Positions 36,870 to 50,690 of a stretch of DNA of 58,237 nucleotides are shown here, piece by piece. How positions within the stretch are numbered: position 1 is the first letter of the stretch; the number at the start of each line of letters is the position of its first letter. The DNA is from Octopus sinensis (Eukaryota): NCBI RefSeq assembly GCF_006345805.1, contig NW_021833109.1:1-58237 (forward strand), read 5' to 3'. The position numbers and the translations under genes are program-made. A model generated the notes under the pieces. That model made no database searches. It saw only the letters and a program-made list of their open reading frames with translations, and was not told the DNA's origin.

Positions 36870-37899
36870 ACAGAGCATAAGATATTTGAGGACAGATTTA
36901 TGTTTATAAAAAAAAAACAGATATATAATAACAGATAATAACTTTATTTATAAAAAAATGCTATGCGAATAAAAATAAACCTTTTATATTGGGAATTAGG
37001 AGGCCAACTGTTAGGAGTTATGCGATCATGAAAATTTTCAGCCATCCATTTCTGTGTTACTAGAGCTATGTGTGATAGTGAAGAGTCTTACTGAAACACA
37101 TATGGCCTTCCATTGCATGCACTGTCTATCCAATTGTTTCCAGGACCTCAATGGAGGCAGAAGAGTTAACTCTAAGGCCTTGTGGAAAGAAGTAAGGAGG
37201 CATCACATGTCCTTCATTGCGGACAACTCCTGAAGCCATGACAGCTGCAGGAAATTTTGTATACATAACACTTGGAACTTCAGAAGGGTCTGCACTTAAC
37301 CAACTGTCATTTCTTTTGTTAACTTATTGATCTTAGTCAAAGTTTTTCTTATTTGAGAAAAACCAAATCAAATCTCTCAGTTTCTTTAAGAGCCTTTTAG
37401 ATCTGATGTAGTGATTTCCTTTTGCTTTTTCTGACAAATTGACCTTTCCTCATCCTATAAGACTTACATCTGATGTCTTCGTGGACAACACTTCTACCTG
37501 TTCATTTTGACACATGGTGACCTTTTGCAATTGACCTCATGGACTTTCTGGGATTGTAATCAATGGTCTGTTGAACTAACTGGATAAATTCAGGTGTTCT
37601 GATGATTTCAGAGTATTTAGAATGCTTTTTATGCTTTGATACTGGTGATACATTTCCGTCTTCAGTCTCTAGCTCCTTACAAACTGTGTAGACAAAAAAC
37701 CTGGCAACTTTTAAAAATTGAGATATTTCTAAATCGCTATGCTCAGCCTTTATGACCACACTAACAGCATGCCTCTTCATTTCTGGAGTAAGTAGAGGGT
37801 CTGCCATTATTATTTTCTGAAACAAAGATTATAGAGAGTTAGCAAAAAATGCAGTAATGACCCAAAAGAGGTATGCCCTCAAATATTTTACACACCCTG
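36870..37899 (-). mobile_element. Tc1/mariner DD37D (maT-like) element, decayed and deleted
   Basis: ORF 37502-37825 is an HTH region. Remnants TKFPAAVM, GHVMPPYFFPQGLRVN and WPPNS. End CAGGGTGTGTAAAATATTTGAGG has a degenerate partner at ~36870. Confidence 0.75.
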
Positions 37900-37911
37900 T
37901 ATATACACATG

Positions 37912-38068
37912 ACAGACTTCTTTCAGTTTCTATCTACCAGATCCATTCACAAAGGCTTTAGTTGGCCCAAGACTATGATAGAAACTCTTGCTCAAGGTGC
38001 CATGCAGTGGGACTGAACCTGGAGACATGTGGTTGAGAAGCAGGCTTCTTACCACACAGCCATGCCTC
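37912..38068 (-). mobile_element. SINE family A, 5' half
   Basis: Reverse complement of family A. Confidence 0.85.
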
Positions 38069-38533
38069 AAATTTTTTTTTTTAGTGGGACATGGAATTGT
38101 GAAAATCTTACTTCCACAGCAAACATAATATACGTTTACATTTTTCTGGGAAGTTATAGTGGGGCTCATTAGAGGACAGGTTGGGAAGCACTGATTTACA
38201 TGTTTCAGTCATAGGACTGCACCCTTTTGGGGGACACAGGCTTGCAGGAGTTTTGACAAACAAATTAACCCCAAAACTTATTTTTTAAAGTCTGGCACTT
38301 TTTCTATTGGTGTCTTATGCTGAACTGCTAAGTTACAGGGAGGCCATCAAACCAATACCAGCAGTCAAGTGGTGGTGGTAGGACAAATACAAACACAAAG
38401 ACATGTACACTCATGCATACATACACACACACATATACTTACTTAAATACATACATACATACATAGTTCAAATTTACAGAAAACAAAAGATGAAGGCAGG
38501 TGTAAGAACAAAGTGCAGGAAGAATGGAAAAGT

Positions 38534-38570
38534 GTTTTACATTTTGAGCCTAAGCTCTTCAACAGAAAGG
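38534..38570 (-). ncRNA. Decayed variant hammerhead-like motif (CUGUUGA core)
   Basis: Minus strand TTT CTGTTGA A GAG CTTAGG CTC AAAATGT A AAA; homologous to 16007-16044. Confidence 0.35.
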
Positions 38571-38689
38571 ACTCAGAAGGATAAAATGGAGAGAGAATGA
38601 AAAAAAGTGGAGAGAGAAAAAAATGTGCAGAGTTTAACAGTCCAACATGATGAGATGACCAAAAAAAATGAAGATGAATGAAAGAGAGA

Positions 38690-38709
38690 TACTACTACTA
38701 CTACTACTG

Positions 38710-38758
<49 letters not shown>

Positions 38759-38772
38759 GGCTGCTGCTGCTG

Positions 38773-38813
<41 letters not shown>

Positions 38814-39637
38814 ACTACTACTACTACTACTACTAATAATAATAATAATAATTATTATTATTATTATTGTTATTATAATGATAACAATGCCCCCCACCAG
38901 TGAACTAAGGTGCACAAGCACATGTGTGTATGTGAGAATGGTGTATGTAAGAATGGTGTGTCTGACTGTGTATGCATGAATGGGATGAGTGTGTGAGCAT
39001 ATATGTGTGAGTACCCAGTGTGTGAGTACCTAGTGTGCGAGTACCCAGTGTGTACATTATGTGGAGTGATATGCATTCCATGTACTGTGTGTGTGCATCT
39101 GGACGTGTGTATGTGTATGTGGGGTTATCATGTGTATGTGCAAATGCATGGGACTGTGTGCGTGTGTATGTGTACAAGTAACCTAGTGTATGCATTGTGT
39201 GGAGTGACATGCTTTTTGTGTATTTGTGTGTGTATGTGTGTATGAATGTATGTATATGTGAGTATGCATATGGATGTGTGTATATGTGTGAGGCTAATGT
39301 GTTTGTGTGTGTGCATTGTGTGTGGTAGTTGATGTGTGCATGTTCAGGTGGTGTGTGCATGTGTGCATGTGTGTATGTGTGTGTGTGTGTCTGTGACCAA
39401 ATAGTGTGCATGTGTATAGTGTATGTTTGGGGGGGGGGGAAGTTAAATGTGTCTATGTGTGTTGTGTGTGTTTATGTGTGTTGTGCGTGTGTGTGTATAT
39501 ATTGCCTGTGTTCAGGTATTATGTGCTTGTGTGGGTGTGGGAGAGTGCATGATGGTGTGTGGTGTGTGTACTATACATACATGCATACATACATACATAC
39601 ATACATACATACATACATACATACATACATACATACA

Positions 39638-39671
<34 letters not shown>

Positions 39672-39712
39672 CATACATACATACATACATACATACAGAC
39701 ATACATACATAC

Positions 39713-39743
<31 letters not shown>

Positions 39744-39901
39744 CATACGTATGTACTTGAAAACATGCATATAGACATACATACATACATACATACATAC
39801 ATGCATACATACATGCATACATACATACATAAATACATATATACATACAAACATAAAAACATGCATATAGACATACATGCATACATACATGCATACATAC
39901 A

Positions 39902-39935
<34 letters not shown>

Positions 39936-40128
39936 CATACATACATAAAAACATGCATATAGATATACATGCATACATACATACATACATGCATACATAC
40001 ATACATACATACATGCATACATGCATACATACATACATACATACATACACACACATACATACATACATACATACATACATACATACATACATTACATACA
40101 TGCATACATACATACATACATACATACA

Positions 40129-40159
<31 letters not shown>

Positions 40160-40160
40160 G
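38690..40160. repeat. (CTA/CTG/ATT)n, (TG)n and ~590-bp (CATA)n arrays
   Basis: Direct observation; (CATA)n spans ~39572-40157. Confidence 0.95.
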
Positions 40161-40409
40161 ACATGCTTCCACATAGTTTCCAGCTACCAAATTCACACAC
40201 AAGGTTTAAGTTCTATAGCAGAAGACACTCTCTTTAGATGCCATGTAATGGGACTATACTTGAGCTTCTTAACCATACACCCAAAGTGAGCTTCTTAACC
40301 ATACACCCACGTCTAACATGATTTGGAAAATTATTTTCTGAAGTAATGTTTTACAGTCACTTCTTATGACATGCAGAGACACAGTATAACTATTCTAAGT
40401 CTGGAATAC

Positions 40410-41105
40410 ATAGTGGCTGTGTGGTAAGAAGCTTGCTTCCCAACCACATAGTTCTGGGTTCAGTCCCACTGCATGGCACCTTGGGCAAGTGACTTCTACT
40501 ATAGCCTCAGGCTGACCAAGGTCTTGTGAGTGGATTTGGTAGACAGAAACTGGAAGAAAAGAAGGAAGTTAGCTGGCAGAAATGTTAGCACACCAGGTGA
40601 AATGCTTACCGATATTTCGTCTGCCACTACGTTCTGAGTTCAAATACCACCGAGGTCGACTTTGCCTTTCATCTTTTCAGGATCGATAAATTCAGTACCA
40701 GTTACGCACTGTGGTCGATATAATCGACTTAATCCGTTTGTCCCCTCTGTGTGTAGCCCCTTGTGGGCAGTAAAGAAATAAGAAACTGGAAGAAGAGCAT
40801 CATATATGTGTGTGTGTGTGTGCGCGCGTGCGCGTGCGTGCGTGTGTGCGTGTGTTTGTGTGTGGTGTGTGTGTGTGCATGTGTCTTAGTGTCTGTGGTT
40901 GTCCCCACAACCATAGCTTGACAACCAATGCCAGTGTGTTTATGTCCCCATAACTTAGTGGTCCGGAAAAGTAACTGATAGATTAAGTATTAGACTTATA
41001 AAAAACAAAAAGTCCTGGGGTCGATGTGTTTGACTAAAACTCTTCAAGACAGGAGCCCCAGTATAACCACAGTCAAATGATTGAAACAAATAAGAGATCA
41101 AAGAT
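40410..41105 (+). mobile_element. SINE family A interrupted by SINE family C (40559-40780)
   Basis: 14-bp TSD AGAAACTGGAAGAA at 40545-40558 and 40781-40794. Confidence 0.9.
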
Positions 41106-41332
41106 AAAAAATAGTATCAAAACCCAGGTGTCAAAATTGAGGTATACATGAAACCAACTAGATAAGAGTTGTCATTTTGAGGAATTGTAGAAAGCTCAGA
41201 AATTCTGTGGTTAAGTGGTTGAGGAACTTGCTTAGTAAATTTATGGTTTTGGGTTTGTTCCCAAAGACTGCTTTCATAAATTTTGTCTCACCTGTGCTAA
41301 TTTACAAAAAAATGGCTGACGTTAATGTTAAA

Positions 41333-41364
<32 letters not shown>

Positions 41365-41794
41365 AATGATGATGGTGATGATGATGACGATGACGACGAT
41401 GACAATGATGATGACAATGATGATTACGATGAAAATAACGATTATGACAATGACAATGACGACGATGATGATGATGATAATGAAATCAACTAGGATAGCA
41501 AAAGCAGTGGTGGTGGTGACCATAGCAGCTAAAACCCTGATATTTATGGTAATGGTGAAGGTAATGGTAACAGTGGTGTTGGCAGCAGTAGTTGCTGTTG
41601 CTTCTGCTGCTGATAATGATAGTGATGAAGATGATGATGGTGATGGTGAAGCTGATAGAAGGACGACAGCAGGTACCTTGCTTCAGAGGTGAATACATTA
41701 TTTTCCCATCTATCTATCTGTCTGTCTGCCTGTCTGTCTGTCTGCCTGTCAGTCTGTCTGCCTGTCTGCCTGCCTGCCTGCCTATCTATCTATC

Positions 41795-42510
41795 GTGCAG
41801 TGTCCAACAATCTCTGACCTGTGGGCTTATGTCGAACGACTGCTGTCACGTGTGGGACGTGTCGGTTTATCAGTCTATTGTTAATATCGTCACGCCTCCT
41901 TCCTTTAAATGGGAAGGAAGAGCTATTTTTATCACACTTGTGGCTATGGCGAAAGAATGTATCTGGTGGACGCGCCTGAAAGGATTAGAGACAAACACTT
42001 TCCTCTCTGGCCAATCTCTCATCAACTTCTTCAAGTATCACTTGAAGAGGAAAGTGAGAGTAGAGAGGCAAGTTTTGTCTAGTGAATGTTTTAAAAAAAG
42101 ATGGGTAAATGTAGCAAGGATGGCACGTATGAATGACGAAGTAACCTTGACTATGATTCTATGAACCGTAAAAATTAATACAGAGAGTTGCTTATTTGCA
42201 AAAAAAAAAAAGAAATATAACATGTGACTTCATTGACCGAGGTTACCGTGGTATTTTCCGTAAGCTTTTCTTTCCACGGGTAAACCTCACCTGTCCTCCC
42301 CTTTACACTTCATATTGACATTTCTGTGATAACGATCCCTATTGATCAAATTCCCCCCCTTTTTTTTAAAAATTTTATTCTATCTCCCCCTTGTTTTGTC
42401 CTCTTTCTTTCCATTTATGATCCTTTTTGATCGAAAACCAAACCCCCTTCTTTTACCCCCCAAAATTTTGTCCTGTCTGTGTGCAGCCTTGTGTGGCTAA
42501 TAAAGAAACA
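41795..42510 (+). mobile_element. 5'-truncated L1/Tx1-like LINE 3' end
   Basis: QCPTISDLWAYVERLL...ECIWWTR...FFKYHLKRKVRVER...FKKRW* C-terminus, pyrimidine-rich 3' UTR, AATAAA at 42499. Flanked by (TATC)n on both sides. Confidence 0.7.
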
Positions 42511-42560
<50 letters not shown>

Positions 42561-42774
42561 CCTATCTACCTACCTACCTACCTACCTACCCACCCACCTA
42601 TCTATCTATCTATCTACCTACCTACCTACCTACCGACTTACCTACCTACCTAGGTAGGTAGGCTGGTAGGAGAGAGAGAGAGAAAGACAGAGAGAGATAG
42701 ATAAGAGAAAGACAGAGAGAGAGAGATGAGAGAGAAAAAGAGAGAGATATAGCGAGAGAGAAAGACAGACAGAC

Positions 42775-42861
<87 letters not shown>

Positions 42862-43517
42862 GAGAGTGAGAGGGAGAGAGAGATAGAGATAGATGAGAGA
42901 TCATAGTACAAGATGAATATATGAAAGAAAGAATAGGGACAGGTGAACAGAAAAGGTCTGTGGGAAAGGTGGGTAAGAGCAATGGAAGGAAAAGAGTGTG
43001 ACATTTAATTAGAGGGTGGGGATTGAGGCGGATGCAGTGAATATCAGTTTAGGGTGGGGGGTCGGGAAGGGACAGTAGTAAGGATACAATGTGAAATGCA
43101 TGGTGGATGGGTGGATAAGTGGTATCATTAGTAGCAATTGAGTGAGTAGTACCACAGTTAAAAGATTGATGGAAGGATGGGTGTTAGAAGATGAGTTGTT
43201 GGGTAAGGCATGACTGGACTTCAGTTTTGCTGAGAAGGACAGGTTTTCACAAGTATAGAATATTGCCATTTATCTGAGACCACCTCTGAGAGGATCAACA
43301 TCCTGAGGTCAGTTTTCGTTTCATCTCTCATCCTCATGGATCTCCCCCCTTCCAATGACTCCTTCTATGTTTAGTGACTGGGACTTCTTTATATAGCTGT
43401 TGTTATCTCAACTGCATCATACAGCAGTGCAATCTCCTCTCTTATACACCACATATGATGCCTCTTATGCCCAATTTTTCTCTCACTACCTAAGCACTGA
43501 CATTGTACAGCCATCAG

Positions 43518-43860
43518 AGTAAAGGGTAAAGACCCCCTTCGGTCATGAATGACCATGGGATTGCACCTAGAAAGTTACCCTCCTAGACACAAGTCCGGGC
43601 AAGGTTGTTTATGGAAGGCCAGCAGTCGCCCATGCATACCAGCCTCCCCTCTCCACGCCACCAGTGTTATCCAAGGGGAAAAGCAAAGGCCAATACAGCT
43701 TGGCACCTGTGACGTCGCAACTCATTTCTACAGCTGAGTAAACTGGAGCAACGTGAAATAAAGTGTCTTGCTCAAGAACACAACACCCAGCCCGGACCGG
43801 GATTCGAGCTCACAACCTCACGATCGTAAGCTCGACGCTCTAACCACTGAGCCATGCGCC
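43518..43860 (-). mobile_element. SINE family B, full length
   Basis: Minus strand GGCGCATGGCTCAGTGGTTAG...GAGCTCGAATCCCGG head, body, and GGGGGTCTTTACCCTTT tail. Confidence 0.92.
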
Positions 43861-44417
43861 TATGCTAGCTGTAATTCTTTCCTATCATTCACTTGTGCTC
43901 TGCATTCAGAATCTGAATTTTTTGACCATTGTAGCATTGTGGTTTATGCATAGGCATCATACAATCTGCTTTTCCTTCTGAGAGAGAGAGAGAGAGACTT
44001 TTTGTTACCAACAGAGATAACAGTTCTCTGATCTTACCCAGCCAGTTCTTATACTAGCAACTATACTTTCAGTTCATCCTCTTCCACTGCTAATTAGGTC
44101 CCTTGGGTTGTTTGATTGTTTTTCTTTTTCTTTTCTTTTATTCTTTTCCTTTATTCTTTTCTTTTTTTCACTTGCTTTTGGTCATAGGAGTGTGGCCATG
44201 CGGAGGCACTGTCTAGGAGGGTTTACTCAAACAAATTGACACAAGTATTTACATTATTTAAAAGTCTGGTACTTTATTGTATTGTTCTCTTTTGGTGAAC
44301 TGCTGAGTTATGGGGATGCAAACAAACCATCAGAACTGCCAAGTGAAGTGGGAACCATCACAGAGGCATGCACATACATATAAACATAAACTTGCACATA
44401 AATAAATACGTACACAT

Positions 44418-44458
<41 letters not shown>

Positions 44459-45132
44459 TGCACACACACACACACACATACGCATGCACACACACACACA
44501 CGCACACTCATGAAATTCATTTAAGAAATTTGCTTCCTAACCATATAGTTCTGGATTCAGTCCTACTGTATGGGAACTTGGGCAACTGATTTCTCCTGTA
44601 GCCTTAGGCTGAGCAAAGTCTTGTGAATGGATCTGGTAGAAGCATATTGTGTGTGTGAGTGTGTGTGTGTTAGTGTGTTTTCTCTTCTTGTTTTGATATC
44701 ATGTGGTACCTGTAAATGAGCATCATTGTCATACAAGTGATGTAATTCATTTCTCATCTTCCATGAAAACATCCCAAGACATGTTGGAAACAGCAGAAGT
44801 TCGATGACAGGAAGGGCATCCAGCCACCGGAAAATTTGCCTCAGTTCATTCTGTCTGACCCACAAATGCACGAAGAAGTGAGTGTTAAAATGACAATGCC
44901 TAGCCTTGTGCCCAAATTTAAAACAATTACACTCAGCAAGTTGGCAGAAGCATTAGCATGTTGGACAAAATGCTTAGCACCATTTCTTCCAGCTCTTTAC
45001 TTTCTGAGTTCAAATCTCAGTAAGGTTGACTTTGCCCTTTCATCCTTCTGGGGTTGGTAAGATAAGTTATAAGTCAGGCTCTGGGAGCAATGTAACTGAT
45101 TTCTCTCTCCCCTCAGAATTGCTGGCCATGTA

Positions 45133-45648
45133 CTGTAAATCCTTGAGTATATTCTGCCCTTGAGTATAATACGCAGGGGATTTTTAGGAGGCTGTACCTC
45201 TGAAAAACCTAAACCTTGTGTATAACATGCACCCCTTCTCTAACTGAATCATGCGTAATTAAGCCAACAGCACCTAGTCGGACAAACACTTCTGCGCATG
45301 TGTAATACAATAATGGTGATGTTCTTAACTGTTGGGAATGTAAATATGCTTAGAAGTTGTTTTTGTTACATGTTATTCTGTGTTCTTAATACTTTTATTT
45401 TAATAAATGATGCTTACTGTAAGTTATGGATGATTCTTTTATGACTTCATTGCTTTTAGGCTTAGCTTAATGTATTTTTGTGCCCAACATCCCAAAATGC
45501 ATCTGAATAAATATTGCCGGACAGCAAATAGAGACTTGGACATTGCATAGAAAATATTTTTCATTTTTAACCTCGTATATAGTACGCACTAGGGATTTTG
45601 ACTGTTAAATTTTGGGGAAAAAAACGGATTATACTCGAGGATTTATGG
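45133..45648. mobile_element. pogo/Tigger-derived MITE
   Basis: TIRs CTGTAAATCCTTGAGTATA / rc CCATAAATCCTCGAGTATA. TA at 45131-32 and 45649-50. Confidence 0.8.
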
Positions 45649-46090
45649 TACCTGTAGTAGAAAAAGTAAAAGAGAAAGTTGTTATTATTATTTTTATTAT
45701 CTTCAATAATATCATCACAATAATTCTTTGGGAAAGAGCTTCAGTTTCAGAGAAATTTAAAAGAAAGATGTGAGGAGATTCTTAGTTTGGAGCCAAAGCA
45801 AAGATATCGGTAAGATATTGCGAAGAAGTGAGCTGAAGCAGATGAGGATGAAATGATAACTGCTGTATTTCCTGGTTTCAAGAGGATTCTGAGACTAGGC
45901 TGGATTAAGTGGAGCAACTGCTGAGGAAATTGGTTAGCTTGGGTTGGTGCCAAGAATGGTAGCTTGCAAAGAAGAAGATCTACCTCACCAACACCCAGCT
46001 ACTCTTATTCTCCCACTCCTAACCTCCATCATATTACATATACACAAACACAAACACGCACAGACATATATATATATACATTCATACATA

Positions 46091-46196
<106 letters not shown>

Positions 46197-46411
46197 GCAC
46201 ACACATACATATATATGTGTATGTATATATGTATATATAAGAGCATCACACACACACATGTAAATATATATTATATATACATATATATGTATATAAGTAT
46301 ATGTGTGTGGGTGTATTTATACATATATATATGTCTGTGTGTGTATGTGCTTGTGTGTGTATGTGCTTGTGTGTGTATGTATATATGCATGCATATAGAT
46401 ACATACATACA

Positions 46412-46542
<131 letters not shown>

Positions 46543-46779
46543 ACACACACACCTACATATATACAAATATATATCTTTAGCTATCTGTATCAATCTATCT
46601 CTCTCTGTAACTCTCTCTCCCTCTGCCTGTCTGTCTGTCTGTCTCTCTATGTATCCATACACAAACACACACGCACAAACATACGTGCACACTTACACAC
46701 TCATACAAGTCGTACAGACACCCAAACTTTTATGAAAGACTTCTGGCTGGCCTTGAAAGGCTCAGGTGAATTATACCAG

Positions 46780-47095
46780 CAGCATCATCACCACCACCAC
46801 CACCACCACCACCACCACCACCACCACCACCACCACCATCACTGCGACTGCCACTATCACCAGCACCACTGCCACCACTACCACCGCCGCCACTGCTGCT
46901 ACCACCACTGTTGCTGCCACCTTCCACCACCGCTACCACCACCGCTACCACCACCGCTACCACCACCGCTACCACCACCGCCACCACCACCGCCACCACC
47001 ACCGCCACCACCACGCCACCACCACCGCCACCACCACCGCCACCACCACCACCACCACCACCACCACCACCACCGCCGCCACCACCACCACCATC
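46780..47095. repeat. (CCA)n / (CCACCACCGCTA)n array
   Basis: Direct observation. Confidence 0.95.
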
Positions 47096-47100
47096 AGGGC

Positions 47101-47157
47101 AACGAGAAACTCAGAGTAACAGATTTTGTTGAATTTTCTGCTGCTTTAAATAAAGTA
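47101..47157 (+). repeat. 5'-truncated copy of the 52723-52882 hammerhead element
   Basis: GAAACTCAGAGTAACAG...TTGTTGAATTTT...CTGCTTTAAATAAAGTA matches 52831-52882. Confidence 0.85.
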
Positions 47158-47173
47158 TATATATATATATGTA

Positions 47174-48327
47174 TTTTATTATCCCATAAATAATGAACTA
47201 AAAGTCAGAGGGGGATGTGATAAACTACCTGCATCAATTTGCCTTAAAAGCAGGTAGTAATTTTACCTTCTCTTTATTCTTAGTGCAAGTTTTTGAAGAA
47301 TGAAGTTTGATTTTAACAGTTATTTTTTCAAAGCTATAATGGAATTGACAAAGGAGCATACTCAGCATATTTTGCTTTATGACTTCAATAAAGGCAACAA
47401 TGCAATGGAAAGTGTGAGGAATGTTAATGCAGTATATAGGGATTGAACAATAAGCATAAGCCAGTGTGAACAATGGTTCCAGAAATTCCAAGCTGGAAAC
47501 TACAGCCTAGAAGATGAGCCTCATCCTGGAAGATAACTGTTGAGGAACTAGCAGAGAAACTTTGATTTGGTCATTCAACCATTCATCGACACCTGCATGC
47601 TGCAGGAAAAGTCAGCAAACTGGGTCAATGGGTTCCTCACAATCAAATCGCACACAGAGAGTGAATGTGTTCTCTTCTTTGCTGTCACGTCTCAAGAATG
47701 AACCATTTTTTGAACTGAATAGTGACTGGTGATGAGAAATGGGTTCTCTATAAAAATGTTGAGTGCTGACGACAGTGGGTAGAGAAAGGAGAAACAGCAG
47801 CATCCTAGGCTAAAGAAAGTCTTCACCCACGTAAGGTGTTATGTTTGGTGGGTTATGAGAGGTTTAGTCCACTTTGAACTTTTGAACCCCAAACTATACG
47901 ATAACAAAGGAGATCTAAAGTGAGCAGTTTGAGGTGCTTAAGTCAGAGCTAGAAGAAAAACAACCATCTTTAGTTTCAAGATGAAAGGTATTCTTCCATC
48001 AGGATAATGCTCAACCACATACAGTGAGGATATCATTCTAAAGGCTGGAGCAGTTTGAATGGGAAATTTGCCGGACATTGCTCCATCTGATTATCATTTA
48101 TTTCACAGTTTTCAAAAATCATTTGGATGGAAAAAATATGAATTGCGTAGATGAGGTCAGAACAGTACTGGAGGAGTATTTTTTGTCACAGACAAGTGAG
48201 TTTTGGAAGGAGCCTAGCAAGTCTACCAGATAGATGGAAGAGCATTGTAGAAAATGAAGGAGAGTATATTTTAGATTAAAAAGAACTTTGTTTATCTTAA
48301 TTTTGAATTATTTATGGGATGACCCAA
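47174..48327 (+). mobile_element. Decayed mariner (Hsmar1/SETMAR-transposase-like subfamily)
   Basis: TIR core ATCCCATAAATAAT at both ends with TA flanks. MELTKEHTQHILLYDFNKG from 47339, TGDEKWVLY, HQDNAQPH and DIAPSDYHLF. Confidence 0.88.
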
Positions 48328-48639
48328 TATATATTATTTATTTAAAGGACACAATACATGTCTTTTAAGTGCTACTAACACTTTCATGTGTTGAGAAAGG
48401 CTCAATTATATTCTTTAAGCACCTATCATAGCGAACTAAAAAAATTGAATAAGAGAAGAAACACAAAAAAAAACTCAGAAGGCAGCACAGAGAAAGTGCC
48501 GAAAGGTTAAAACCGGAAAATGAAAACATAAAAACTAAAATGTAAAAAGTAAAATGGTAAAAGAGTTATCCTCCTTAGACCTTAAATTATAAGGCTGGAG
48601 AGATATCAACAAGTTAATCGGGAATAGGTGGAATTTTCC

Positions 48640-49130
48640 AATTCTTCAAAATATATTTATACATATGTTTGCAATTGCTGAAAATTTCTGATCTAGAGAG
48701 TTAGATATTAGATCTGAAGAGGATCTGCACTCTTTCAGTTAAACAAAGCCTACATTTATTCAATCCATTAGCATAAAGAATGGATTTCTCAATTAGTTTC
48801 TACTTAATCACATGTGGTATTTTGTTATCTTTCAAAGTCCATATGTAGCTAGCCAGCTTTGTAGCTTTGCTTTTGTCCTTATGTCAGAAGGAAGCTATGT
48901 GACTGGCATAGCAATTTTTTAATTCTTCTTCATATAATCCAATACAGGTCTTCCTATCTGTTGTATTATTATTTAGGGCTGCAGTAATTTCTGTCTCATA
49001 TATGATAGATTTAATCATACATTGTTGGTCAAGTGAACAGGATCCTGGATTATAACAGTTGCAACTGGATTTAGGCTATTGGTATCAACGATATGTAATG
49101 ACATTCTTCATACTGGGCAACAGCTATATG
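48640..49130 (-). mobile_element. Penelope-like element GIY-YIG remnant
   Basis: CNCYNPGSCSLDQQCMIKSIIY...KTCIGL...KATKLASYIWTLKD...KCRLCLTE...SEIFSNCKH. Confidence 0.8.
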
Positions 49131-49577
49131 ATAATTTCACAGAATGCCTATTAAATATTTTCCTGTATCTGTGAATTGCTAGAAAGTGTTTGTCTGGGAA
49201 AGACAGAAATCTTTTACTTATGTTAGTTTTTATATTAAGGGAAAAGGGGGGGGGGGTGCAAACCAAATAATTTTTAGATGGAAACTGAAAGAAGCCCATT
49301 GTATATATACTCACACATGCATACACACATGCACATCTGTGAATGTACTTGTGTCTGTGTTTGTTCCCCATCTATGTTTGATAACTGGTTTCATATGTTT
49401 ACATCCCTGTAACTTAGCAGTTTGTTAAAAGAGAGTGATAGAGTAAGTACCAGGCTTTAAAAAAAAAAGTAAAAGTACTAGGGTTGATGCAATCAACTAA
49501 AATATTCCTCAAAGCTGTGCCCTGCCGGAACAAATAAAAGATAAAAGATATTTACACACACACACGCACACACACAT

Positions 49578-49612
<35 letters not shown>

Positions 49613-49689
49613 CACACACACATACACATGCAACCACATATATCTCAAGGCTGTGCCCCAGCATGGCTGTAGTCTAATGACTGATACAT

Positions 49690-49930
49690 CTTTTCAAGTG
49701 AACATTTTTTGGACCTGTTAATACAGGGTCTGGATTTGGAGATGATTTCCCATTTGATGTCATAAGTGGTCCCTTTGTCTTTAAGTTTCCAGATTAAAGA
49801 CAAAAGGGTTATTAAATGTCTATCATCATGGTACCAAAAATTCATAAGATGGTTGTTATATCTGGATTTAAATTTTCCTTGCACAGCTCTCATATAACAT
49901 CTGATATCTGTTACAACCATTGTTGAAGTT
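49690..49930 (-). mobile_element. Second PLE GIY-YIG remnant
   Basis: FKSRYNNH...LIWKLKDKGTTYDIKWEIISKSRPC..RSKKC. Confidence 0.78.
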
Positions 49931-50352
49931 TGCTGAAACCTGTGCTTCATAAACAACAGAAAATATATTGCACTCCTGTCTTAGAGGACATTTAGATTTG
50001 CCTCTACATATGCATCCAGGGAAGACTGAGTCATCGGTTGCTTATTGATATGACTTAACATTAGGAGGACAAGAAAAGGTAACTTTTATTGTGCCTGTTA
50101 AAAATTTTATTGTATATTTGGATTCTATTGTATCTCTTAAAAATACTTGGAAACCTCTAACAAATATATAAATTCAAGGAATGAGATTTTTTTATGTATG
50201 CTTGCATTTCAAGAAATACATCTTGTTGGAATTTAAAAGTAGTCCACCAGATACTTAGTAAACCATAAACATCTTGTTTATGTCTGTTTGACATCGAATT
50301 ATTGTAATATTGGTTATCCCCCTTGTGTTTTTCTTCTTGTTTTCTTTACCAG

Positions 50353-50383
50353 TGTCTCTTGCTTAAATGCAACTGCTCAAAAG
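50353..50383 (+). other. Candidate 31-nt host microexon
   Basis: Long pyrimidine tract ending TTTCTTTACCAG, donor AAG|GTAATT. Open in two frames (CLLLKCNCSK or VSCLNATAQK). Confidence 0.3.
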
Positions 50384-50464
50384 GTAATTAACAAATGGTG
50401 TTGTTTTCAGTTTGAAAAATGGCAGAATAGATTATTGGTAGCTGTATTTACAGGATTTGAGTTT

Positions 50465-50610
50465 TTTTTTATTATAGGATTATCACCTTGACCTTGACCT
50501 TGACCGACCAGTCCGTCAGGCGTCCATTTGACACCGCTGGTCACAGCATGCTGTCCACTCCTCTCTGGATTGCGCCTTTGTCATCCATGTGATCCCAATC
50601 GTCCTCCTGA
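50465..50610 (-). mobile_element. LINE (RTE/RTEX-like) 3' end with (CAAGGT)n tail
   Basis: Minus strand ITWMTKAQSREEW C-terminus followed by GGTCAAGGTCAAGGTCAAGGT. Confidence 0.6.
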
Positions 50611-50655
50611 AATCATAACTCCACCATCATACATACATACATACATACATATAGG

Positions 50656-50690
<35 letters not shown>

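Noticed and set aside
43000-43480. Pyrimidine/purine-skewed segments (also 53200-53620, 56050-56330) hinting at decayed Penelope coding sequence
   Set aside because: Only faint SCTSS-like traces; needs an HMM search to call.
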